Shown here piece after piece: positions 26,669 to 34,591 of a stretch of 53,080 nt of DNA (positions are counted from its first letter, which is position 1; each line of letters begins with the position of its first letter). The stretch lies in the NCBI GenBank assembly GCA_034666305.1, contig JAXDMA010000321.1, positions 1-53,080 on the forward strand, given 5' to 3'. The position numbers and the translations under genes were made by a program. The stretch comes from Vulcanimicrobiota bacterium. Lineage in GTDB: Bacteria; Vulcanimicrobiota; Vulcanimicrobiia; Vulcanimicrobiales; Vulcanimicrobiaceae. The notes under the pieces are model-generated. The model did no database searches, was not told where the DNA came from, and saw nothing but the letters and a program-made list of their open reading frames with translations.

Positions 26669-26771
26669 GAGGATGACGCCATTCGCCGTTTGCTCGCAGC
26701 ACCATCCGGATTAGGACCATCGTGCCGCGCGCGTACCAGAAGGCCGGACCTAGCGACTACGACCCCCGTAT

Positions 26772-26801
26772 TTGACGGGGTCGCGCCGGTCATGCTACCG
26801 T
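26772..26801 (+). promoter_or_regulatory. Putative promoter of the yabE-like operon
   Basis: TTGACG-N18-TACCGT with an extended -10 TG. Confidence 0.45.
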
Positions 26802-26993
26802 ACTCGGGTTCACCAAGGCCCATTCGGGTCTTGGGGGCACTCGACCGAGCGTCGAGCCCGTGGTGTTGCCGCCGGGGCCCGAATTACGCTCGCCGACCAC
26901 CGCTACGACGTCGAGTGCGGACCAGAAAAAGCACGGATCCCTATGATCCGGGCCTGCTGGACCGCACCCTCCGCACGAGAAAGGAGTCGGACG

Positions 26994-28040
26994 ATCCGCA
27001 ACGATCTTCCATCACCGTTCATGACGACGGGCGTGCTCTCGCTAGGGTTGTTGATCCCGTTCGGAGCCGGTACGGTTCCCGACCAGATCGCCAAAAAGGT
27101 CGCCGCGATCGCGGCGCCGGCCCCCGCCAAGCACATCACCTTCGTCCATGACGGGCTCACCGAAACCATCGAAACCAGCGCCGAGACCGCCGCCGACTTC
27201 CTCGCCGAACGGAATCTGAGCCGCTCCCCCGACGACGCGATCAGCGTCGACCCCGCCAGCCCCCTCACCGACGGCGAGACCGTCGCCTACCGAGCCGCCG
27301 TCCTCGTCACCGTCACCATCGACGGTCAGTCGCGCATCTTGCGCACCCCGGCGGTCAGTGTCTTCGCCCTCCTCAACGAGCAGGGCGTCGCCTTCGACCG
27401 CCACGACCAAGTCTCGCCGGCACCGTCCTCCGCGATCGCGAACGGCACCGCCGTGACCGTGCAGCACGTGGACGCATGGACGGAAACCGTGCGCAAACCC
27501 GTTGCCGCGAAGGTCGTCAAGCGGTGGGCGTTCACCCTTGCTGCGGGGACCACGCAGGTCATCGACGCGGGTAAGCCCGGCGTCGCCGAGACGGCCTATG
27601 CGATCACTCGGACGCCCGACCGGCGTTCCGTTCGCCGGAGGGCCTTGGTATCGCGCATCCTGCGCGCGCCGCGGTCGCGCATCGTCGCCGAGGGTATCGG
27701 TGAGTACGCGGCCCTGTCGCAGCTCGCGGAGCGCGGCATCACCGGCACCCTCAAGCTCGCCGGATCGGCGCTCTCGATGGTCGCCACCGCCTACACCGCC
27801 GGGTGCGGGGGCTGCAGCGGGATCACCGCGAGCGGCCGGCCCGCGGGCCACGGCATCGTCGCCGTCGATCCGCGCGTCATCCCGCTGGGCACGCGGATGT
27901 ACATCCCAGGCTACGGCCATGCTGTCGCCGGCGACACGGGCGGTGCGATCAAGGGCCGCCGGATCGATCTCGGCTTCAACTCGAACTACGCGGCAAACCA
28001 GTTCGGCCGCCGCTCGATCACGGTGTACCTGATCAAATAG
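26994..28040 (+). CDS. YabE/RpfB-like cell-wall protein (DUF348 + G5 + 3D domain)
   Basis: MVATAY..GITASG..GIVAVDPRVIPLGT..AGDTGGAIKGRRIDL; upstream of rsmA. Start either ATC 26994 (AAGGAG 7 nt upstream) or ATG 27021. Confidence 0.9.
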   Translation: MRNDLPSPFMTTGVLSLGLLIPFGAGTVPDQIAKKVAAIAAPAPAKHITFVHDGLTETIETSAETAADFLAERNLSRSPDDAISVDPASPLTDGETVAYRAAVLVTVTIDGQSRILRTPAVSVFALLNEQGVAFDRHDQVSPAPSSAIANGTAVTVQHVDAWTETVRKPVAAKVVKRWAFTLAAGTTQVIDAGKPGVAETAYAITRTPDRRSVRRRALVSRILRAPRSRIVAEGIGEYAALSQLAERGITGTLKLAGSALSMVATAYTAGCGGCSGITASGRPAGHGIVAVDPRVIPLGTRMYIPGYGHAVAGDTGGAIKGRRIDLGFNSNYAANQFGRRSITVYLIK

Positions 28041-28879
28041 ACTCCGAAGAAAGCCGGCGAGCCAACCACCCCAGGGCGCTTCTCGGCGCGCGCGGGATTC
28101 GGCCCAAGAAGCGGCTCGGGCAGCACTTTCTCATGGACGGCGGGACGGCCACGCGCATCGCACGGCTCGCCGCCGACGCACCGGGCGACCGCGTGCTGGA
28201 GATCGGCGCCGGGACCGGCGCGCTGACCGCGGCGCTGCTACGGCTCGGCGCGGACGTCACCGCGTTCGACCTCGACCCCGAGATGGTGGAGGTCCTTCGC
28301 TCGCGCCAGGACCTTCGCGGCGTGGAGATCCTTCAGGCCGACGCGCTCGCGTTCGACTACGCGGCGTGGGCCGGCGCCGGCGACTGGCGCGCGGCGGGAA
28401 ACCTGCCGTACAACGTGGGCACGCCGCTGCTGGTGAAGCTCGCTTCGCTGCCGCGACCGCCCGAACGTATCGTCGCGATGATTCAGAAGGACGTTGCGGA
28501 CCGGCTGCTCGCGAAGCCCGGAACGTCGCAGTACGGCAGCCTGACGCTGGCGATCGGCCTGACGATGGGCGTGCAGCGCGCGATGACCGTTCCGCCCAGC
28601 GCGTTCTTCCCGCGCCCCGGCGTCGTATCGTCGGTCGTCGTGCTGCGCCGGCTCGACGAACCGCCGGCGGTCGTGCGCGACCGCGCGCGCTTCGAACAGG
28701 TCGTGCGCGGAGCGTTCGCGTACCGGCGCAAGACGCTGGCGAATTCCCTTACGCTCGCGCTCGATCTTCCGCGCGAGCGCATCGTCGCGGCGATCGCCTC
28801 ACTCTCGCTCTCTGCTGACGTCCGTGGTGAAGACCTCGACCTCCGATCGTTTGCCGCTCTCGCCGACGCGCTCGCCTGA
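28037..28879 (+). CDS. rsmA: 16S rRNA m6(2)A1518/1519 dimethyltransferase
   Basis: PKKRLGQHFL, EIGAGTGALT, GNLPYNV, MIQKDVADR, FFPRPGV.S, FAYRRKTL; start inferred at ATA 28037. Confidence 0.94.
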   Translation: MDSEESRRANHPRALLGARGIRPKKRLGQHFLMDGGTATRIARLAADAPGDRVLEIGAGTGALTAALLRLGADVTAFDLDPEMVEVLRSRQDLRGVEILQADALAFDYAAWAGAGDWRAAGNLPYNVGTPLLVKLASLPRPPERIVAMIQKDVADRLLAKPGTSQYGSLTLAIGLTMGVQRAMTVPPSAFFPRPGVVSSVVVLRRLDEPPAVVRDRARFEQVVRGAFAYRRKTLANSLTLALDLPRERIVAAIASLSLSADVRGEDLDLRSFAALADALA

Positions 28880-29585
28880 ACCCGGCTTCGTTTGGTGGCA
28901 GTCGCTGCTGTTCACGGTGCTGCTGGTCGTCGCGATGTTCGTCCCCGCGACGGTCCTGCTCGCCTTTCTGATCGTCGGCGGCTGGGCGCATTTGGAAGAC
29001 TTGCGCTCGCTGTCGTGGCCGCTGCTGCTGGCGCAGGTCTTCTCCTACGCGACGACGCTCGCCGTGATCTTGCCGCTGCTGCCTTTGCTCGCGGGCCGCA
29101 GCTGGGCGCAGCTCGGGTTGCGTGCGCCGCGGCTGCGCGATCTCGCGTTCGCGGCCGTCGGCGCCGTCGCGATGGTCGCCGCGACGGTGGCGGCCGGCGC
29201 CGCGGAACAAGCGATCTTCCACCTCAAGCCGGACGAGGTGCAGGTGCAGATGCTGCGCAGCGCGCGCGGGTCGATGATCGGCATGTTCGTGTTCTTCGCG
29301 TGCATCGCGGCGCCGTTCGTCGAAGAGCTGACGTTTCGGGGCTTCATCTTCAACGCGCTGCGGCGGTATTTCCCCGTGTGGGCGGCGGCACTCGCATCCG
29401 CGATCCTGTTCGGGCTCGCGCACTGGCAACCCGGGAACGCGGGCGCGATCATCCCGCTCGCTGCCGCGGGCACGATCCTCGCGCTCGTGTATTACCGCAC
29501 GGGCTCGCTCGTCGCGTCGATGTTCACGCACGCGCTGTTCAACAGCGTGACGGTCGTGCTGGTGCTCGTCTTCCACCAGGTATGA
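28824..29585 (+). CDS. CPBP family intramembrane metalloprotease
   Basis: EELTFRG, FGLAH, HALFN; multi-TM; start approximate. Confidence 0.9.
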   Translation: MVKTSTSDRLPLSPTRSPEPGFVWWQSLLFTVLLVVAMFVPATVLLAFLIVGGWAHLEDLRSLSWPLLLAQVFSYATTLAVILPLLPLLAGRSWAQLGLRAPRLRDLAFAAVGAVAMVAATVAAGAAEQAIFHLKPDEVQVQMLRSARGSMIGMFVFFACIAAPFVEELTFRGFIFNALRRYFPVWAAALASAILFGLAHWQPGNAGAIIPLAAAGTILALVYYRTGSLVASMFTHALFNSVTVVLVLVFHQV

Positions 29586-29597
29586 ATTCGCGCGGCG

Positions 29598-30854
29598 TCA
29601 GCGCTGCGTGAAGGGCACGCCTCCGCACAGCACCGTGTTCGCCGGCCACGTGCCGATGCCCAGCGATGCGAAGAACGCTCGAGCGTCCTTGTCGTACGCC
29701 GGGCAATACCCGCCCTCGTGCGGATCGTATTTTGCAAGCAGCACGTGGGGGTTCGCGGCGGCGACCACGTACGCGCCCTCGTTGGGGCGGCGCACGACGA
29801 CGTCGTGCCGCGCATCGCGCAACGCCACGGCGGCCGCGTACGCGCCGCGGTCGACGATGTATGGCCAGCGTCCGATTTTCAGCACCGTATCGTTGATCGT
29901 CAGCGCGCACACGATCGCGCACGCGAGCACCGGCAGCGCCAGGCGCGGGCGTTTTGCGACGACGTACGCGGCGGCGAGCGCGGTCGAGGCGACGAGCGGG
30001 GCGGTCCAATGCGTACCGATGCGCGCGATCGGATAGGCCCACGGGCGGTTGAACACGAGCTCCGCGACGAGCGGGAGCGCGAGCAGCAGCCGCCACCGCA
30101 AGAGCAGCGGCGCGAACGCGAACGGCGCCAGCACGGCGGCGAAGAACGCGAGCTTCTGCAACGGGTCGTCGACGTGCAGCGCGTAGCCCGGCAGCGACGG
30201 GTGCGCGTTCGTTAGCCGCTCCGCGACGACGAAGCCGATCCCGTTGACGACGGCCAGCGCGGCGACGCCGATGCCGATGCGGCGGTCCCACCATAGCGCG
30301 CACGCCGCACCGAACCAGGCGAGAAACAGCGCCTGGTCTTCTTTGAGTCCGAGCAGCAGCTGCGCCACGACGAGCGACGCCGCCAGCGAGCGGCGTCGCA
30401 CCGCCAGCGCGCCGAGCGCAGCGAGCAGCGGCACGAACACGTTCTCGAGGAAGTTCCCGTACGCGATCCCTTGCACCGACGGTGACAGCAGGTAGGCGAT
30501 CCCGACCGCCGATGCCGCACGCGGCGGCGCGCCGCACGCGCGCGCGAACGCGCAAATGGCAAGCGCCGCCGCCGCGAGCGCCAGGACTTGCACGACCAGC
30601 AGCGTCTGCGCGTACGGCAGCACCGCCATCAGCGGCACGAGCGCGAGCAGCGCCCACGAGTCGTGCACTTGCAGATGCGCCCGGTACTCGGCGCCGTTCC
30701 ACGAACCGCGGCCGTGCGCTTCGCCGGTCAGCCACTGCACGAACGTTCCGGTGTCCGCACCGTAGCGCAGCGCGTAGAGCTTGTTCAAATCGAGCGCGAT
30801 GTAGACCAGCGCGAACACGGCCGCGGCGATGACCACCGCGCGCGTGGGTTTCAC
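29598..30854 (-). CDS. DUF2079-like membrane protein (GT-C-like)
   Basis: DTGTFVQ, HLQVHDS, LLVVQ, LKED; many TM segments; downstream of a GT4 gene. Confidence 0.65.
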   Translation of the reverse strand: MKPTRAVVIAAAVFALVYIALDLNKLYALRYGADTGTFVQWLTGEAHGRGSWNGAEYRAHLQVHDSWALLALVPLMAVLPYAQTLLVVQVLALAAAALAICAFARACGAPPRAASAVGIAYLLSPSVQGIAYGNFLENVFVPLLAALGALAVRRRSLAASLVVAQLLLGLKEDQALFLAWFGAACALWWDRRIGIGVAALAVVNGIGFVVAERLTNAHPSLPGYALHVDDPLQKLAFFAAVLAPFAFAPLLLRWRLLLALPLVAELVFNRPWAYPIARIGTHWTAPLVASTALAAAYVVAKRPRLALPVLACAIVCALTINDTVLKIGRWPYIVDRGAYAAAVALRDARHDVVVRRPNEGAYVVAAANPHVLLAKYDPHEGGYCPAYDKDARAFFASLGIGTWPANTVLCGGVPFTQR

Positions 30855-31933
30855 GCGCCGCTGCCGCGCGCGACGGTGTCGTCGACGATCGCGCGCAGGC
30901 GCGCGACGAAGCGCTCCGGCCGGAACTGCTCGGCATGCGCGCGCAGCCGCCCGGAGTCGTAGTGCGCCGGATCGAACGCGCGGATCGCTCGCGCGAGCGA
31001 ATCCGCCGTGGGCTCGCGAAAGAACGCGCCGGTCTCACCCTCGGCGATCGTCTCGAGCGCGCCGCCCGCTGCGAACGCGATCGTCGGACGGCCCGCGGCG
31101 GCCGCCTCCAGCGGCACGAGCCCGAAGTCTTCTTCCGCCGGCAGGATCGCCGCACGCGCGTCGCCCACGAGCGCGTTGCGCGCCGCATCGTCCACGGCAC
31201 CGTGAAACGTCGTGCGCGTCCCGCGCGCGAGCTGCTCGAGCCGCCGTTCGTCCGGTCCGGCGCCCACCACGTGCAGCGGTACGCCGGCGAGCGCGCACGC
31301 CGCGATCGCGAGATCGACGCGCTTGTACGGCAAGAGCCGCGACACGACGACGAAGTAGTCCCCGGTCCCCGCGCCTTGCGTGAAACGGTCCACGTCCACC
31401 GGGCACGGCAGCACGTCGGCAGCGCGGTGATACCACTTGCGCACGCGGTCCGCGACGTTGCGCGAGTTCGCGACGAGCCGCGTCGGGCGCTGCGCCGCGC
31501 GCACGTCCCACGCCGCCAGCCGCTTCAGCAGCGGGCGCGCGAGCACGCCGCCGGCAAAACCGCCGACGTAGCGCTCCGCGTCGAAAACGAAGCGCGACAC
31601 GGTGTTGATGTAGCACACGTGCACTGCATCGGGCCGTACGATTACGCCCTTCGCCCAGGCCGTCGTCGACGACACCACGACGTCGAATTCCGAGAGATCG
31701 AACGCTTCGAACGCGCGCGGATACAGCGGCGCATACGCCCGGAACGCACGGTCGCGCAACGGAAAACGCTGCAGGAACGACGTTCGCACCCGCCCGGCGG
31801 GCACGAGATCGCCGACGGCGCGTTCGTCGTAGAGCGCGGTGTACACCGGCGCCTCGGGCCAGGCGCGCACGAAATGCGCGAACACGCGCTCCGCGCCGCC
31901 GCGCTGATTGAGGTAGTCGTGAACGAGCGCGAT
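30851..31933 (-). CDS. GT4 glycosyltransferase
   Basis: IALVHDYLNQRGGAERV (upstream of the ORF-track start), SRLLPYKRVD, EDFGLVPLEA; start inferred at ATC 31933. Confidence 0.9.
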   Translation of the reverse strand: MALVHDYLNQRGGAERVFAHFVRAWPEAPVYTALYDERAVGDLVPAGRVRTSFLQRFPLRDRAFRAYAPLYPRAFEAFDLSEFDVVVSSTTAWAKGVIVRPDAVHVCYINTVSRFVFDAERYVGGFAGGVLARPLLKRLAAWDVRAAQRPTRLVANSRNVADRVRKWYHRAADVLPCPVDVDRFTQGAGTGDYFVVVSRLLPYKRVDLAIAACALAGVPLHVVGAGPDERRLEQLARGTRTTFHGAVDDAARNALVGDARAAILPAEEDFGLVPLEAAAAGRPTIAFAAGGALETIAEGETGAFFREPTADSLARAIRAFDPAHYDSGRLRAHAEQFRPERFVARLRAIVDDTVARGSGA

Positions 31934-31958
31934 CTTCTGCGCGGCGCCGTCCCCCGGT

Positions 31959-33260
31959 CTAGTTCTCGGTCGCGCGCGGCATCACCAGCGCGACGTCGAA
32001 CCTCTGGAAATACTTCTTCGCGACGCGCTGCACGTCGGCCGCGGTGACGCGCGCGATCGCCCCGCCGACGGCATCGGTAACGTCGGCGTCGAGGCCATGC
32101 GCCACCGCATTGCCGACGGCGAACGCGCGCTGGTCGAGCGACACCGTTTCCAGCGTCCACGCACCGCGCGCGGTTTCCTTGTACCGGCTCAACACCGCCG
32201 CCGTGAGCGGCTTCGCCGCCGCGCGTTTCAACAGCGTGTCGATGCCGGTCAGCCCGAGCTCGGGATCGAGCTGCGAGCCGTTGATCCACAGCACGAGCTG
32301 CGCGGGCGCCGCGTCGTAACCGTAGAGCGTACCGGCGGCGCGAAACACCGGCGGCAGCGTCGTCGCGCCGGGGCGTTCGAACACGCCGGCGAGCAGCGCG
32401 CGCAGCACGAGCGCCGCGGGGAAGTCGCGGTCGCCGAGCGCGGGCGCGGCGAACCCGAGCACGACGTACGTCGCGGCGACGTCACGGTGCGTGACGATGC
32501 GTTTGGGCTGCGCGCCGAACGGGCGTGTCGCGAGCGCCGCCGCCGGTGCGGTGCCCGGCGCGAGCGCGTGAACCAGCGCGCGGCCGGCGGCGTCCGTCAC
32601 GTCGCCCGTCCGCCCGACCGCCGCCACGAATGCGTCGCCGCGGAGATACCAGCGTGCGAAGAACGCTTTGGCGTCCGCCGGTCCGAGCGCGGCGACGGAG
32701 CCCGCGTCGCCGAGCGCGGGCAGCCCCGCCGGGCCGCGGTAGTACGAAGACCGCAGCAGCTGCAACCCGACGAAGCGCGGATCGCCCTCTTCGTCGGCGC
32801 TCCGCGCGGCGAGCACGGCGCGCGCGGCGGCGATGGTCGCCGTATCGAACGCAGGCCCCGCGAGCGCGCGTGCGACGAGCGGCGCGGCCGCGGCGAGGCC
32901 GTCGGGCGTGCCCTCCAGGTAGAACCGGACGTGCTGCGCGGAAACCACATAGCCGATCGACGCGCCGTGCGCATCGACCGCGTCGACGAGCGGCACGGCC
33001 TGGCCGAAGCCCGGACCGGGATCGACGGGCGTGCGCAGCACCGTCTCAGCGACCAGTGCCGCGATGCCGCTCTGGCGCGAGGTCTGCCGGTCGAGTCCGG
33101 CGCGAACGAACAGCTCGACGGCGGCAAGCGGTGACGCCTGGTCGGCATGAGAGTATGCGCGCGCGCCGCCGAGGTCGATGACCGCCGTTCGCGGCGCGGC
33201 CGCGACGACGGGGGCCGCCGTTGCCGCGGCCAGAGCAGCCGCCGCGAGGGCGGCGATCAC
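31959..33260 (-). CDS. M16 peptidase homologue, inactive, exported
   Basis: Signal peptide; VRAG..Q.SGIAALVA; YVVLGF.AP..DFPAALVL; ARVTAADVQRVAKKYF; no HxxEH. Confidence 0.8.
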   Translation of the reverse strand: MIAALAAAALAAATAAPVVAAAPRTAVIDLGGARAYSHADQASPLAAVELFVRAGLDRQTSRQSGIAALVAETVLRTPVDPGPGFGQAVPLVDAVDAHGASIGYVVSAQHVRFYLEGTPDGLAAAAPLVARALAGPAFDTATIAAARAVLAARSADEEGDPRFVGLQLLRSSYYRGPAGLPALGDAGSVAALGPADAKAFFARWYLRGDAFVAAVGRTGDVTDAAGRALVHALAPGTAPAAALATRPFGAQPKRIVTHRDVAATYVVLGFAAPALGDRDFPAALVLRALLAGVFERPGATTLPPVFRAAGTLYGYDAAPAQLVLWINGSQLDPELGLTGIDTLLKRAAAKPLTAAVLSRYKETARGAWTLETVSLDQRAFAVGNAVAHGLDADVTDAVGGAIARVTAADVQRVAKKYFQRFDVALVMPRATEN

Positions 33261-34591
33261 GCGGGCGCCTTCGGCGGCGAGGGCGGGCGCTTCGCGAACG
33301 TGACGACCGCCGGCGGCACGCCGAGATAGCGCGCGGCGGCTTGGGCAACGTCCGCCGGCGTCAGCGCGGCCGCCAGCGAGAAGTAGCGGCCCTGGAGGCC
33401 GCCCTCCGCGGGAGCATACGCGGGATCGCCTTCGACCGCGTACCAGCCGTACGTGTCGGCGACCTCGGCCGGCGTGTTCATCGCCGCCAGCAGGCGGTAC
33501 ACGAACCCCGCCCGCGCCGCTGCGAACGCCTCGGGAGCCATGGGCGCCGCCGCGGCGGCGACGGCCTTTTCGACGATGGGGCGTGCCGTTGCCGCTTCGT
33601 CGCCCGTGATCGTCACGAGGAACACCCCGGGATCGTGGTAGGTCACGAACTTCCCGGTGACCGTAGCCTTCCGGCCGGCGAGCGCACGGGCGACCATACC
33701 GGTCCTCGGCGCGAACAAGGCGTCGGCGAGAAAATCGAGCGCGGTCGCGCCGCGTTCATCGGCGATCGGGGGACCGAGCCAGCCCAGGCCGCTGCCGCTG
33801 ATCACGCCGGTCCGCTGCAGCGGTTCCGTCTCGGGCGTGCGCGTCGCCGGGGCCGGCGTCACGGCCGCCTCCGGTGACCGCGGCGACGTGTCGCCGCTGC
33901 GCGCGGCGACGCTTTTGAGCGCGGCCGCGTCGACGTTGCCCGCCAGGATCAAGATCGCGTTGCCCGGCCGGAAGGCGCGTTCGGCGAAGGCGCGGACGCG
34001 CTCGACCTTGACGTCGCCGAGCTTCGCCGTGGGCAGCGTGCCGTCGTGGAACGGCCCGGAGGCGAAGAGGGCGGCGCCTAACGCATCCTCGATCACGTCG
34101 GGCTCGACGGACCGCAGCAGGGCGTCCTCGCCGACGTCGCGCTGCGCCACGGCAAAGCCCGGCGCGGTGACGACCGGCGCGAAGAAATCCGCGGTCATCG
34201 CCCGCACCGTCTGCGCGACGCGGTCGGGCGGCACGAGCGCTGTGATCGCGACGCTGTCGGGATAGGCCGCGACGCTGAGCCGGCCGCCGAAGCGCTCCAC
34301 CAGCTGCGCCAGCGGCGTGCCCGAGATCGGTGCCGACGCGGACACGGTCGTCGCGGCGAGCCGCGAAAGACCCGGCGCGGCCGGGGCATCGAAGCCGCCG
34401 GCAGGCGCGCGGTACCACAGTGCGACCGCCGCGCCCGACTGCGCGCGGTCCGCGCGCAGCTCGTACGTCACGCCGCCGGGGAGGGTCCCGGTGGCTGCGG
34501 CGGCGTCCTGCGCGGCAGCCGCGCTCGCGGCCCCGCAGACGAGAAGGGCCGCGGAAACCGCGGCCCAGAGACCCGTCGAGAATCCGCTCAC
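33257..34591 (-). CDS. M16 peptidase homologue, inactive, exported
   Basis: Signal peptide; TLPGG, ALWY.A, PGLSRLAA (HxxEH position), FRPGNAILILAGNVD, LTPADVAQAAARYL. Confidence 0.78.
   Translation of the reverse strand: MSGFSTGLWAAVSAALLVCGAASAAAAQDAAAATGTLPGGVTYELRADRAQSGAAVALWYRAPAGGFDAPAAPGLSRLAATTVSASAPISGTPLAQLVERFGGRLSVAAYPDSVAITALVPPDRVAQTVRAMTADFFAPVVTAPGFAVAQRDVGEDALLRSVEPDVIEDALGAALFASGPFHDGTLPTAKLGDVKVERVRAFAERAFRPGNAILILAGNVDAAALKSVAARSGDTSPRSPEAAVTPAPATRTPETEPLQRTGVISGSGLGWLGPPIADERGATALDFLADALFAPRTGMVARALAGRKATVTGKFVTYHDPGVFLVTITGDEAATARPIVEKAVAAAAAPMAPEAFAAARAGFVYRLLAAMNTPAEVADTYGWYAVEGDPAYAPAEGGLQGRYFSLAAALTPADVAQAAARYLGVPPAVVTFAKRPPSPPKAPA

Noticed and set aside
26805-26990. 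Canonical ydaO/c-di-AMP riboswitch
   Set aside because: Only fragments resemble the consensus and the CCCGxCAGCUAAC 3' element is missing; kept only as an unassigned structured leader.
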